64,000 nucleotides of DNA from Sphingobacterium mizutaii (GTDB taxonomy: Bacteria; Bacteroidota; Bacteroidia; Sphingobacteriales; Sphingobacteriaceae), in the NCBI GenBank assembly GCA_040394615.1, contig JBEBRZ010000003.1:819-64818 (forward strand), written 5' to 3'. Shown here one piece after another: positions 29,030 through 39,519 of the stretch. A model generated the notes under the pieces. It saw only the letters and a list, made by a program, of their open reading frames with translations, ran no database searches and was not told where the DNA came from. The position numbers were made by a program, and so were the translations under genes. Numbering within the stretch: position 1 is the first letter of the stretch; each line of letters starts with the position of its first letter.

Positions 29030-30805
29030 ATGAAATACATCGAGAAATTAGCTTCCATCCGCCAACAGATGAAAGAAAAGGGTGTAGATGCCTATATTAT
29101 TCCTTCCTCAGACCCACATATCAGTGAATATCTTCCAGACCGATACAAATGCATTGCATGGACTTCAGGTTTTAACGGCTCTGCTGGCACTTTGGCTATT
29201 ACACAAGATTTCGCAGGCCTTTGGACCGATTCCCGTTATTTTGTTCAAGCAAACGAACAACTTGAGGGTACCGGATTTGAATTGGTCAAATTACAAGTCC
29301 AAGGTAGAGCTGAATATGCTACCTGGTTAGCTAAACATTTAAAAAAAGGAGATACTGTTGCTTTTGATGGCAATTTAGCCTCTGTAGCAGTCGCACAATC
29401 TGTTCAGCAAGAATTGCTCCCTCTGGGAATTCATGTCAATGGTCATCTTGATTTATTAGATCCGATTTGGCAAAACAGACCTGAACTTCCTACAGAAAAA
29501 GCTTATTTATTACCGGAGTCTGGCACGGGACAATCCACTCGGGATAAAATCGCAATCATAAAGGAAAAATTAAAAGAAAAGAGAGCAGACATACATTTCG
29601 TTTCATCTCTTGATGACCTTGCCTGGATACTCAATATTCGTGGAAACGACGTGAAATGTAATCCTGTCGTATTAGGGTTTTTACTTATCCAAAAAGATAA
29701 AAACAGACTGTTCATTCAGAAAGGTAAACTCAATGAAGAAGCTATAAAAAGTTTAAAAGATTCTGGAGTTGAGATTGCGGATTACAATGAAGCTTTTGAA
29801 GCCATTCGTTCCATGCAAGGGGAGCGTATTTTGTTAGATCCAAAACGCACCTGTTTTGCAATCTATGACTCAGTCCCTAATACGATAGAGATCTTAGAAG
29901 ATTTAAATCCTTCTACACTATTAAAAGCCGTAAAAAATGAGGTTGAAATAGAACATACCCGTAATGCAATGGTAAAAGATGGTGTTGCATTGACTAAATT
30001 CTTCAAATGGATTGAAGAAAACATTAATTCCAATGAACTTTCAGAAATTTCCATAGCCGAGAAATTACAAAGTCTGCGTGCTGCGTCGGACGGTTTTGTT
30101 GATATTTCTTTTGATACTATTGCCGGCTATAAAGCACATGGCGCATTACCTCATTACAAAGCTACAGAAACAAGCAATTCTACTTTAAAAGCTGAAGGTT
30201 TGTTATTGGTTGATTCAGGTGGTCAATACCTAGATGGTACCACTGACATTACACGTGTCATTTCCTTAGGAAACATAACCTCAGCCGAAAAGGCAGATTA
30301 TACAATTGTATTAAAAGGAACAATTGAGGGATCTCAAGCCATTTTCCCTAAAGGGACAAGAGGTTACTCAATTGATGCGATCACAAGACGTCCAATTTGG
30401 GAAACTTATAGAAATTATGGCCATGGAACAGGTCATGGTGTAGGTTTCTTCCTTAATGTACATGAAGGACCTCATGTGTTTAATATGGCGGCTATTGATA
30501 TTCCTGTTGAAGCCGGAATGATTACTTCTATTGAACCCGGATTATATAGAGAGGGTGAGTACGGAATCCGTATTGAAAACTTAGTATTATCTAAAACTGT
30601 AGAAACAAATCAGTTTGGAGAATTTATGGACTTTGAAACTTTGACAATTTGCTATATCGCTACTGATTTAGTTGACAAGACATTACTAGATTCCAAACAT
30701 ATTACTTGGCTGAATAACTATAATGCTTGGGTATATGAGAAATTATCTCCTCAATTGAATGCAGAAGAGAAAATCTGGCTACAGGAAAAAACTAAAGCAA
30801 TTTAA
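29030..30805 (+). CDS. Xaa-Pro aminopeptidase (M24B, aminopeptidase P)
   Basis: DPHISEY, DSRYFVQA, DSGGQYLDGTTDITR, HGTGHGVG, VHEGP, EPGLY and GIRIEN metal ligands. Confidence 0.95.
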   Translation: MKYIEKLASIRQQMKEKGVDAYIIPSSDPHISEYLPDRYKCIAWTSGFNGSAGTLAITQDFAGLWTDSRYFVQANEQLEGTGFELVKLQVQGRAEYATWLAKHLKKGDTVAFDGNLASVAVAQSVQQELLPLGIHVNGHLDLLDPIWQNRPELPTEKAYLLPESGTGQSTRDKIAIIKEKLKEKRADIHFVSSLDDLAWILNIRGNDVKCNPVVLGFLLIQKDKNRLFIQKGKLNEEAIKSLKDSGVEIADYNEAFEAIRSMQGERILLDPKRTCFAIYDSVPNTIEILEDLNPSTLLKAVKNEVEIEHTRNAMVKDGVALTKFFKWIEENINSNELSEISIAEKLQSLRAASDGFVDISFDTIAGYKAHGALPHYKATETSNSTLKAEGLLLVDSGGQYLDGTTDITRVISLGNITSAEKADYTIVLKGTIEGSQAIFPKGTRGYSIDAITRRPIWETYRNYGHGTGHGVGFFLNVHEGPHVFNMAAIDIPVEAGMITSIEPGLYREGEYGIRIENLVLSKTVETNQFGEFMDFETLTICYIATDLVDKTLLDSKHITWLNNYNAWVYEKLSPQLNAEEKIWLQEKTKAI

Positions 30806-30833
30806 AAAACAGTAAGTAAGCCTTAAGACAATC

Positions 30834-30865
30834 AAAAAGGCTGTTTCTTTTGATTCAGCCTTTTT
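30834..30865 (+). terminator. Intrinsic terminator after aminopeptidase P
   Basis: aaaaaggctg - 12 nt - cagccttttt. Confidence 0.75.
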
Positions 30866-30905
30866 AAAATACTATTTATTCCTTCCAACCTTTATCAGCT
30901 TAAAC

Positions 30906-31382
30906 ATGGCAGAAGATTTACAAATTACAAAAGGATCAAAAGAAGATCAATATCAATCCCTCGTCCCACAAATAAAAAGTCTTTTACAGGGAGAAACAAA
31001 TTCTGTAGCTAATATGGCCAATATAGCAGCAGCCTTAAAAGAACAGTTTAATTTCTTTTGGGTAGGCTTCTATCTAGTAGACGATAATGAATTAGTATTA
31101 GGTCCTTTTCAAGGTCCTGTTGCCTGTACCCGGATATCATACAATCGCGGGGTCTGTGGAACGGCTTGGGCTCAGAAAGAAACCTTAATTGTACCTAATG
31201 TAGATGAATTCCCCGGCCATATTGCTTGCAGCTCTTTATCCAAATCAGAAATTGTAATTCCAATATTCAAATCCGGGAAATGCATTGGTGTTTTGGATGT
31301 TGATAGCAGTGAGTATAACACCTTTGACTTAATCGACAAGCAATACTTAAACATGATTTTAAATCTTTTTACTTCTCAGTAA
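30906..31382 (+). CDS. msrC: GAF-domain free methionine-(R)-sulfoxide reductase
   Basis: WVGFY, GPFQGPVAC, GVCG, HIAC and SEIVIP; the three cysteines typical of fRMsr are present. Confidence 0.88.
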   Translation: MAEDLQITKGSKEDQYQSLVPQIKSLLQGETNSVANMANIAAALKEQFNFFWVGFYLVDDNELVLGPFQGPVACTRISYNRGVCGTAWAQKETLIVPNVDEFPGHIACSSLSKSEIVIPIFKSGKCIGVLDVDSSEYNTFDLIDKQYLNMILNLFTSQ

Positions 31383-31390
31383 AATATATC

Positions 31391-31398
31391 TATATTTG
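31391..31398 (+). promoter_or_regulatory. -7 box (TATATTTG)
   Basis: Exact TAnnTTTG, 31 bp upstream of the ATG at 31430. Confidence 0.6.
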
Positions 31399-31429
31399 GT
31401 TTCCAAAAATCACTAACTGTTAACCAAAT

Positions 31430-32239
31430 ATGGCTGGGGTAAGAACTTTATCAGTTTTTAATTTCCTGATTGTAGTATTGAATTTCTTATGGATAGCTGC
31501 AATTGAGAATGGTTTTATTTATGGATATTCCTTTTCGAAAACTTTCTCTCAGTATCCAACATATCTAAACCCTGCGATATTTACCTATAAAATATGGACA
31601 GTGATATCAATTCTGATAATAGTGACAACCTATTTAATGTATTATGGTACTCAAAGAGTTCATTATAACCTAAACACTTCCCACAAAATCAAAAAGATTG
31701 ATTATTTACTTATTCTAAACCAATTAGCCCTTGGCCTTAGCATGGTGCTAAAACATAATGATCTTTTTATTGGATCCATTATATGCACCATAATTTGCCT
31801 AGTAACCATGTTAATAATTAACAACCGAATTAAAATTCATCGCATAAGCTTAAATTCTTTCACAAGATATTTTATCAGACTTGGATTCGGCGTTTATACA
31901 GGATGGTTAATGTTTGTCCTTTCGTTCAATTTTGCCACGCTTTTAGTAAAATTAAATCTGATGCAAAATGAGCAACTATTTTACTACGGTAACATTGCAA
32001 TCATTCTGATCATATCTATAGCTATGCTCAGCTATTCCTATATAAAATACCTTCCATCTATATCCATTGTATTGGTCTGGGGAATCTATGGTATTTATCA
32101 TCAGTTACAATTCAGTGAATTGCCAGCAACTAATTTGGTCGGGAAAATACTTATTATGATTATGATTATAGGAGGATTTTTTGCTGTTTATATTTTTTAC
32201 AGATGTAATAACAGAAGAACATCTCACTCTCTTACCTAA
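31430..32239 (+). CDS. Polytopic membrane protein, distantly TspO/tryptophan-rich sensory-like
   Basis: About 8 hydrophobic segments. YPTYLNPAIFTYKIW, FGVYTGW and VLVWGIYGI resemble TspO-like families. Confidence 0.55.
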   Translation: MAGVRTLSVFNFLIVVLNFLWIAAIENGFIYGYSFSKTFSQYPTYLNPAIFTYKIWTVISILIIVTTYLMYYGTQRVHYNLNTSHKIKKIDYLLILNQLALGLSMVLKHNDLFIGSIICTIICLVTMLIINNRIKIHRISLNSFTRYFIRLGFGVYTGWLMFVLSFNFATLLVKLNLMQNEQLFYYGNIAIILIISIAMLSYSYIKYLPSISIVLVWGIYGIYHQLQFSELPATNLVGKILIMIMIIGGFFAVYIFYRCNNRRTSHSLT

Positions 32240-33152
32240 TAGTTAGCCTCCATATCTTCACCGTTTTGTCATCACTTACTGTAATAATTCTATTTTTATT
32301 CCAAATCATGGCATTAATAGATAAGTAATGACTATCATATCCCTTATCACGTGAGATATTTTTCACTAAGGAAAGGTCTTCAGTCCTCCAGATTTTAAGA
32401 GTTTTGTCCCGACTAACCGATGCGATAAGATTATATTCGGTATTATTTTCAAGGCTATAAACGGTAAACATGTGTGGAACAAGTTCTTGAATTTTTGTCA
32501 AGTTATTCGCATTAAGCTTATAAAGCTTAGCGTCTCTACCTCCCGATAGTAAATAATCATCATTTTCGAAGACCAGACTAGTTACTGGAAGCTCATGAAT
32601 TTTTTGATGTTCAATTTCCTGAAAATCTTTCGCGGAGAATAGATGAATCTCTCCATTTTTATCCCCAAAAGCTAAAGTCTTTGAAGATGGCTGCACAGCT
32701 ATTACTCTTACAGTAGTATCAGCTACTTTAAATCGATATAATAGTTCGTAAGTTTCCAAACTCCACACATATGCGACTCCCTCTTCACCAATCGCGATCA
32801 GTTCTTTTTTTTCCGGAATGGTTTTGATAGAAAAAACTGCTCCTTTTTCTACTTGTAGGTTTGCTTTCAAAGACTGTGAATCGGCATCGACAATCATAAT
32901 CTGTCCTGAGCGCATCCCTATTGCCAATAAAGAGGTGTCTTCAATTGTTAATAACGAATAAACAGAACTATTAACTTTACAAAGTATGCGCCTGAAGCTC
33001 ATCGTTTCTAAATCCCATTCAACAACCCCCTTATCATTTCCACCGGTAAATAGAATATTTTCCCTGGTCTTTGATAATGCAAGTGTGAATATAGGATTTT
33101 GGTGCCCTGTTAGACTGGCTTCTAAACTTACTTCTATCGTGTCTGCATTCAT
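32232..33152 (-). CDS. Cytoplasmic WD40-repeat beta-propeller protein
   Basis: Repeats GHQNPIF..GGNDKGVVEW, GGRDAKLY, SVSRDKTLKIW and VSDDKTVKIW. No signal peptide. Confidence 0.9.
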   Translation of the reverse strand: MNADTIEVSLEASLTGHQNPIFTLALSKTRENILFTGGNDKGVVEWDLETMSFRRILCKVNSSVYSLLTIEDTSLLAIGMRSGQIMIVDADSQSLKANLQVEKGAVFSIKTIPEKKELIAIGEEGVAYVWSLETYELLYRFKVADTTVRVIAVQPSSKTLAFGDKNGEIHLFSAKDFQEIEHQKIHELPVTSLVFENDDYLLSGGRDAKLYKLNANNLTKIQELVPHMFTVYSLENNTEYNLIASVSRDKTLKIWRTEDLSLVKNISRDKGYDSHYLSINAMIWNKNRIITVSDDKTVKIWRLTIR

Positions 33153-33183
33153 GTATCCACTTACCCCCTCTCTTAACGCTAAT

Positions 33184-33771
33184 TTATTGATGTCTGCTTT
33201 CCAGATTTTTAGCTATTGCCTCTAAATTAAGTCCTTTTTCCTTAATTAAAACGATCAGGTGAAATAAAAGATCTGAGGTCTCATTAACAAAATCCTCTTC
33301 GGTTTCTGTCAATGCGGCAATCACAGTTTCCACTGCTTCTTCTCCTACTTTCTGGGCAATTTTATTAATTCCACGAGATCTCAATCGATTCACGTACGAT
33401 TCATCACTTGGAAAATCAATTCTATTTTGAACTATCCTTTCTAATTGCAACAAGAAGTTCTGGTTGAACTCCGTATTAAAACAACTACGACTTCCGGTAT
33501 GGCAGGTCGGTCCGACTGGATTTACTTTTATTAATAGCGTATCTTGATCACAATCAATATGCGAACTAATAACATGAAGAAAATTACCGCTCTCTTCACC
33601 CTTTGTCCATAACCTATTTTTACTTCTTGAAAAGAAAGTTACTTTTTGTTCTTTTTGTGTTTTCTCCCAAGCCTCTTCGTTCATATATCCTAGCATCAAA
33701 ACCTCAAGGGTTTGATTATCTTGAATTACAACAGGAACGAGCCCATCACCTTTTTTAAAATCAATAGTCAT
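33184..33771 (-). CDS. hisIE: Bifunctional phosphoribosyl-AMP cyclohydrolase / phosphoribosyl-ATP diphosphatase
   Basis: [49 protein letters not shown]. Confidence 0.97.
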   Translation of the reverse strand: MTIDFKKGDGLVPVVIQDNQTLEVLMLGYMNEEAWEKTQKEQKVTFFSRSKNRLWTKGEESGNFLHVISSHIDCDQDTLLIKVNPVGPTCHTGSRSCFNTEFNQNFLLQLERIVQNRIDFPSDESYVNRLRSRGINKIAQKVGEEAVETVIAALTETEEDFVNETSDLLFHLIVLIKEKGLNLEAIAKNLESRHQ

Positions 33772-33785
33772 GATTATTTATATTT

Positions 33786-34541
33786 TCAACGCCTTACAGG
33801 AATCCCGTTGGCGTGCAATGTTTCTTTCAATTCTGGAATTAAGATTTCACCATAGTGAAATACTGATGCAGCAAGAGCTGCGTCAACACTGGATTGCTGA
33901 AATACATCTACAAAATGTTGTTGATTACCGGCTCCTCCGGATGCTATCAGCGGAATATGAATAGAGTCATTTATTTTTTTCAACAAACCATTGTCAAAGC
34001 CGTTTTTGGTCCCATCGTGATCCATCGAGGTCAACAAAATCTCGCCCGCACCTCTATTTTCAGCTTCCTTAATCCAATCTTCGGTCTCTATATCAGTTAT
34101 GTCTCTTCCTCCCCGAAGATGAACATAGTTCTTACCATTCACCAATCGGGTGTCAACAGCTAAAACCACAAATTGAACACCGAATGCTTTTGCAAATTCA
34201 TCCAATAATTTAGGATTTCGAACCGCAGCTGAATTAATAGAGATTTTATCAGCACCAGCATTTAATAAAATGTCAGCGTCCGAAAGTTCATTAATACCAC
34301 CACCGATAGTAAATGGAATATTCACCTGGCTAGCTACAGCCTTTACCAATTCAACCGTTGTTTTCCTACGCTCATGGGTCGCTGTAATATCCAGAAAAAC
34401 TAATTCATCAGCTCCTTGCTGTGAATATTGCCAAGCCAATTCCACAGGATCGCCTGCATCACGTAAATCAACAAAATTAACGCCCTTAACCGTACGACCG
34501 TCCTTAACATCTAAACAAGGTATAATCCGCTTTGCTAGCAT
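33786..34541 (-). CDS. hisF: Imidazole glycerol phosphate synthase cyclase subunit
   Basis: [43 protein letters not shown]. Confidence 0.98.
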   Translation of the reverse strand: MLAKRIIPCLDVKDGRTVKGVNFVDLRDAGDPVELAWQYSQQGADELVFLDITATHERRKTTVELVKAVASQVNIPFTIGGGINELSDADILLNAGADKISINSAAVRNPKLLDEFAKAFGVQFVVLAVDTRLVNGKNYVHLRGGRDITDIETEDWIKEAENRGAGEILLTSMDHDGTKNGFDNGLLKKINDSIHIPLIASGGAGNQQHFVDVFQQSSVDAALAASVFHYGEILIPELKETLHANGIPVRR

Positions 34542-34542
34542 T

Positions 34543-35295
34543 CTAGAATCTGATTAACGCCTTTAAATTCCAGTCTTTAATTTCTTCAATATTAATTCTG
34601 TTTTCATAGATAGCCTTACCTACAACTACAGACTCCATTCTTCCTAATTTATTAAGATCTTCAATATCGCTCATTGAGCTGATACCCCCGGAACCGATCA
34701 GTTTAATAATCGGAGAATGATCTAATAATTTTTTATAAAGCTCAACTCCTGCACCTCCTAATTTCCCGTCTTTACTGATATCAGTACACAAGAAACGGTA
34801 GAAGCCCAAGCTCAAACATTTATCAATATACTCGATCAATTTAATTGGAGAGCTCTCTAACCAACCGGAATATTTAATAACTTCATCCAATACATCAATC
34901 GCTATAACAATATGGTCTGCATATTTTGTCCGACCTTCATTTAGCTTACTAAGTTCTTCTAAAAAGGTAGGATTAGTTATGGCTTGTGTCCCCACAATAA
35001 CCCGGTAAACCCCTGCATCAACCAATTCTTTAACTTTCTCAATACTACGAACACCTCCGCCGTATTGGACTTTCATTTCAGTCCGTCTGATGATGTCAAA
35101 CAAATATTCCTGATTGCTGAAATCTCCTTTAGCACCATTTAAATCAATGATATGCACGATTTCAGTACCATTTGCATGGTATTTCTCAATCTGCTCATCT
35201 AGTGTGATTGGATAAGTTGTAACATCCTCATAGTTACCTTCTCTTAAACGGACAACCTGTTTGTCCAGGACATCAATTGCAGGTATAATATACAT
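34543..35295 (-). CDS. hisA: ProFAR isomerase
   Basis: [41 protein letters not shown]. Start placed at MYIIP (35295). Confidence 0.96.
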   Translation of the reverse strand: MYIIPAIDVLDKQVVRLREGNYEDVTTYPITLDEQIEKYHANGTEIVHIIDLNGAKGDFSNQEYLFDIIRRTEMKVQYGGGVRSIEKVKELVDAGVYRVIVGTQAITNPTFLEELSKLNEGRTKYADHIVIAIDVLDEVIKYSGWLESSPIKLIEYIDKCLSLGFYRFLCTDISKDGKLGGAGVELYKKLLDHSPIIKLIGSGGISSMSDIEDLNKLGRMESVVVGKAIYENRINIEEIKDWNLKALIRF

Positions 35296-35310
35296 AGTCT
35301 CAAAATTCAT

Positions 35311-35901
35311 TTAAAATTTATTAAAATTCAGCAACATTTGTTCTCCAACCTTCCCTGATTTCTCCGGGTGAAATTGTACAGCCCAAAAATTATCCTTCGC
35401 TATTGCTGCTGAAAATGGCAACCCATAATCACAAGTTGCTATGCCATAGGTCAATTCATGTTCAATGTAATATGAATGAACGAAATAAAAATAGGAATTA
35501 TTAGGAATATCCTTAAAAAGAGGACAATTATTTTGAAAATCGATATTATTCCACCCCATATGCGGGACCTTTTCCCTAATTCGCTTCTCAAAATGTAACG
35601 TCCTCAACGGAATTATTCCTAAAAGATCTGCATTTCCCTCTTCAGAATGACTTGTCAATAATTGCATTCCTACACAGATACCTAATACAGGTTTTTTTAA
35701 TTCCTTTATGGAATCGGACAACCCTGAGTCTAACAATTTCTGCATAGCGGTCCCCGCATGTCCTACTCCCGGGATAATAATTCGTTCATAACGATCAAAA
35801 TCCTCTGCATGATTGATCATTCCATATGAAATACCCAATCGCTTTAAGGCTGCGGTAATTGAAAATATATTTCCTGCACCGTAATTTACTATTCCAATCA
35901 T
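35311..35901 (-). CDS. hisH: Imidazole glycerol phosphate synthase glutaminase subunit
   Basis: IIPGVG, LGICVGMQ, VPHMGWN, YFVHSY, QFHPEKS. Confidence 0.98.
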   Translation of the reverse strand: MIGIVNYGAGNIFSITAALKRLGISYGMINHAEDFDRYERIIIPGVGHAGTAMQKLLDSGLSDSIKELKKPVLGICVGMQLLTSHSEEGNADLLGIIPLRTLHFEKRIREKVPHMGWNNIDFQNNCPLFKDIPNNSYFYFVHSYYIEHELTYGIATCDYGLPFSAAIAKDNFWAVQFHPEKSGKVGEQMLLNFNKF

Positions 35902-35940
35902 AAAACCCTACTTATTAAACCCCAAAAATCCATTTCATCT

Positions 35941-37080
35941 CTATAATAAGCCCTTTGTACTGGGTAATTGCATGTTATCAGCATCCCTACGAACGGCTTT
36001 TTTTATGGTCTTCGCAAAAGCTTTAAAAATTGCTTCTATCTTATGATGTTCATTTTCTCCACTTGCCTGAATATTCAAATTTGATTTTGATGCATCAGAA
36101 AAGGATTTAAAGAAATGGAAGAACATCTCCGTCGGCATATCGCCAATCTTTTCTCTTTTAAACGCTGCGTCCCATACAATCCAGTTTCTTCCCCCAAAGT
36201 CTATCGCAACCTGAGCCAAACAATCATCCATTGGTAAAGTATAAGCATAACGCTCAATACCTCGCTTGTCACCTAAAACCTTCAAAAATATTTCCCCCAA
36301 AGCAATACCTGTATCTTCAATTGTATGGTGCTCATCGATATGAAGATCACCCTTTGCCTTGATTGTCAAGTCTACGGCTCCATGTCTGGCAAGTTGATCC
36401 AACATGTGGTCAAAAAAGGGAAGACCGGTATCAATATCTGATTTTCCGGATCCATCCAGATTTAACTTTATATAAATGTCAGTTTCATTCGTTTTACGAT
36501 GATGCTCCCCTGTCCGAGTACCTAACTTTAGAAACTCGTATATAGCTTTCCAATCACTGGTTTCCAATCCAATACACTCTTCTGAAATTTCTACATTTTC
36601 ATGCTTTCCCAGATCATCATTATTGCGTAGCCAGATAGCTTTAGCTCCTAAATTATGCGCAAGTTTAACATCATTGACACGATCACCGATTACAAAGGAA
36701 TTAGCTAAGTCATATTTAGTATTATCGAAATATTCCTTCAACATTCCTGTTCCCGGTTTACGCGTGTCTGCATTTTCGTGCGGAAAGGTTCTGTCAATAT
36801 GTTCTCTAACAAAACGAACTCCTTCCCCTTCAAAAGTATCTAATACAAATTGATGAACAGGCCAGAAATTTTCCTCCGGATGGGAGCTACTACCCAATCC
36901 ATCCTGATTACTTACTAAAACCAGTTCGAAGTCTAATTCATTTGCTATTTTAGGTAGATACTGTAATGCTCCCGGGTAAAATTTTAATTTGGCGAAAGAA
37001 TCGATTTGCTCATCTTCTGGTTCCAATATTAATGTTCCGTCCCTGTCAATAAACAATACTCTTTTTAATTGATCAGCCAT
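35941..37080 (-). CDS. hisB: Bifunctional histidinol-phosphatase / imidazoleglycerol-phosphate dehydratase
   Basis: HAD motif [14 protein letters not shown] and GDR; IGPD motifs [15 protein letters not shown] and NEHHKIEA. Confidence 0.98.
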   Translation of the reverse strand: MADQLKRVLFIDRDGTLILEPEDEQIDSFAKLKFYPGALQYLPKIANELDFELVLVSNQDGLGSSSHPEENFWPVHQFVLDTFEGEGVRFVREHIDRTFPHENADTRKPGTGMLKEYFDNTKYDLANSFVIGDRVNDVKLAHNLGAKAIWLRNNDDLGKHENVEISEECIGLETSDWKAIYEFLKLGTRTGEHHRKTNETDIYIKLNLDGSGKSDIDTGLPFFDHMLDQLARHGAVDLTIKAKGDLHIDEHHTIEDTGIALGEIFLKVLGDKRGIERYAYTLPMDDCLAQVAIDFGGRNWIVWDAAFKREKIGDMPTEMFFHFFKSFSDASKSNLNIQASGENEHHKIEAIFKAFAKTIKKAVRRDADNMQLPSTKGLL

Positions 37081-37086
37081 TTTTTA

Positions 37087-38139
37087 TTACTTATAAAACA
37101 CTTGGATTTCATCCAATAATCTTTCATTTTCCACTTTTGTCCCTACCGTTATACGAAGAGAATCCTCACATAAGGTCACCTTTGAACGATCTCTGACGAT
37201 AATTCCTTTATCCACCAGATAACGATATAATTTCCCCGGTTGTTCTAATTTTACCAAAATGAAGTTAGCATCAGAAGGTGTAATTTTCACAACCTGCTTC
37301 AAGGAATTTAACTTCCTTATTAAGTCCTCCCGTTCCGCCACAGTAGTTTTTATCCACTCATTGACCGTTTCAACATGGTCAAGTGCTTCCAAAACCAAGT
37401 CCTGCGTCGCTTGATTTATGTTATAGGGAGGTTTAATCTTATTAAATACTTCAATAATCTCTTTGCTTGCAAAAGCAAGCCCTAACCTCAACGCAGCTAA
37501 GCCCCAAGCTTTAGATAATGTTTGTAAGACTACCAGATTAGGGAATTCAGGTAGTGAATGTGTAAAGGATTTCTGCTTAGAATAATTGATATAAGCTTCA
37601 TCAACAACGACCAAACCTTTAAAATTCACTAACAAAGTTTCTATATCGATAGGGTCAATACTATTACCTGTTGGATTATTAGGAGAACATACAAAAATTA
37701 TTTTTGTATGCATATCTAATGCTTCAGCGATACCTTCTAAATCCAGTTGAAAATCCTCCGTAAGATTTACTTTTCTGACCTCAACATCATTGATATTTGC
37801 AGAAACCTCATACATGCCATACGTAGGAGGCACAAGGATAACATTATCTATTTTTGGAGTACAAAATGCACGATAAAGAAGATCTATTGCTTCATCTGAA
37901 CCATTCCCTAAAAACATGTTTTCTACAGGCACACCCTTAATTCCGGATAATTTTGCCTTAAGATGATGTTGTAAAGGATCCGGATAACGATTGTAATCAT
38001 GCGGAAGCGGAGAGCCAAAAGCATTCTCATTAGCATCCAAAAAAATAGATGCATTCCCTTTAAATTCATCTCTAGCTGAGGAATACGGCACTAGGTTCTT
38101 GATATTATCACGAAGTAGCGCGGATAAGTTGAAGGACAT
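37087..38139 (-). CDS. hisC: Histidinol-phosphate aminotransferase
   Basis: LDANEN, NRYPDP, GNGSDEAI, CSPNNPTG, VDEAY, TLSKAWGLAALRLG. Confidence 0.97.
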   Translation of the reverse strand: MSFNLSALLRDNIKNLVPYSSARDEFKGNASIFLDANENAFGSPLPHDYNRYPDPLQHHLKAKLSGIKGVPVENMFLGNGSDEAIDLLYRAFCTPKIDNVILVPPTYGMYEVSANINDVEVRKVNLTEDFQLDLEGIAEALDMHTKIIFVCSPNNPTGNSIDPIDIETLLVNFKGLVVVDEAYINYSKQKSFTHSLPEFPNLVVLQTLSKAWGLAALRLGLAFASKEIIEVFNKIKPPYNINQATQDLVLEALDHVETVNEWIKTTVAEREDLIRKLNSLKQVVKITPSDANFILVKLEQPGKLYRYLVDKGIIVRDRSKVTLCEDSLRITVGTKVENERLLDEIQVFYK

Positions 38140-38194
38140 TGTATTAGTCTAAAAATTTTTGAGCTGTAAATATGGCTAAAATAACACAAAATCA

Positions 38195-39109
38195 CTAAAC
38201 TAAAAACCATTTCCCTTCTACAGACAACTCCGTATTCGGAAAAATTGATTTTGCTTCCTCTAATAAAGGCTGTAATGATCTATATCTTGCAGAATAATGA
38301 CCTAGTAAAAGTTTTTTTACATGCGCTTCTTTAGCAATTTCTGCGGCTTCCAGAGATGTTGTGTGAAAAGTTTCTCTGGCACGATCAACCATTTCATGTA
38401 AAAAAGTACTTTCATGGTATAATAAATCAGCTCCTTCGATGGAAGATAAATAAGTTGGATGCCTTACGGTATCTGAACAATAAGCATAACTACGGGAAGC
38501 TGGGGCAGGTAGTGTCAATTCGTTGGCCGGATATACTTTACCTTCGGGATCAACATAGTCAATTCCTTTTTTTATAGATGTAAAATAAACCTTTGGAATC
38601 TGATACTCCTGAACTAAATCTGCTTTTAATGTTGCGGCTCTTTTACCTTCATCAAAACGAAAACCGGTACATGCTATTCTATGAATCAAAGGAAATGAGC
38701 GAATAGTAAGCATTCTCGATTCAAATAGAATTTCTTCTTTGTCGGAATTAGTAGGATGAAAAATGATATTGTATCGAATTACTGTATCTGAATATTTAAA
38801 ATGTAATTCCAATATTTCCTGCAAAGCTGCCGGCCCATATAAATGTAAATCAGCTTTTCGACCTACCAGATGCATGGAGGACACTAATCCTACCAAACCC
38901 AGATAATGATCTCCATGCAGATGGCTAATAAAAATGTGGTTAATTCGATTATTTTTGATTCCATATCTGGAAAGCTGCATTTGGGTGCCTTCTCCACAAT
39001 CAATCAAAAACAATTGTTCATTATAATTTACAACTTGAGATGTAGGGTGACGTTCAAACATCGGTGTTGCTGAACTATTGCCCAAAATCAAAACCTCAAA
39101 TCGCAACAT
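38195..39109 (-). CDS. rnz: Ribonuclease Z
   Basis: IDCGEGTQ, HLHGDH, YCSDT, HESTF, HTTS, GHYSARY. Confidence 0.96.
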   Translation of the reverse strand: MLRFEVLILGNSSATPMFERHPTSQVVNYNEQLFLIDCGEGTQMQLSRYGIKNNRINHIFISHLHGDHYLGLVGLVSSMHLVGRKADLHLYGPAALQEILELHFKYSDTVIRYNIIFHPTNSDKEEILFESRMLTIRSFPLIHRIACTGFRFDEGKRAATLKADLVQEYQIPKVYFTSIKKGIDYVDPEGKVYPANELTLPAPASRSYAYCSDTVRHPTYLSSIEGADLLYHESTFLHEMVDRARETFHTTSLEAAEIAKEAHVKKLLLGHYSARYRSLQPLLEEAKSIFPNTELSVEGKWFLV

Positions 39110-39110
39110 A

Positions 39111-39488
39111 CTATCCTTGTTCTTCTTTCAGATCCAACCGAATCTCATTCCCAAAAATCAAATCCTTTGCTTTTTCAATATTAGGTGTAATTATAAAATA
39201 TTTATCAAGCCCTAAGAATTGGATATATTTTAAAACTTCATCATTCAGATTCGTTAAAATAAATAACCCACCGGAGGTTTTACATAATCGACGTGCTAGA
39301 AGTCCTGTTCGGATACCGGTTTCATCGGTTTTTGTTACATTATTCATATCCAAGACAATATTTCTTTGCCCTACTGTGTTGCGGAGCATGAACTCGCCCT
39401 TTAAGCTTGCGGCAGTCTCCCCATCCAGTTTTTCCAGAAGCGGCTCTATCACCACATATCGATCATAATTGTCTACCGTAAATTTCAT
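39111..39488 (-). CDS. STAS-domain protein (anti-sigma-factor antagonist family)
   Basis: KLDGETAASLK..RNIVLDM.NV..DETG..RRLCK..GG.FIL follows the STAS pattern; 125 aa. Confidence 0.85.
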   Translation of the reverse strand: MKFTVDNYDRYVVIEPLLEKLDGETAASLKGEFMLRNTVGQRNIVLDMNNVTKTDETGIRTGLLARRLCKTSGGLFILTNLNDEVLKYIQFLGLDKYFIITPNIEKAKDLIFGNEIRLDLKEEQG

Positions 39489-39519
39489 CTTTGAATAAAT
39501 TAATACTATATTATCTTGA

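Noticed and set aside
38140-38194. His leader peptide or attenuator upstream of hisC
   Set aside because: The 55-bp gap has no His-codon run and no terminator hairpin.
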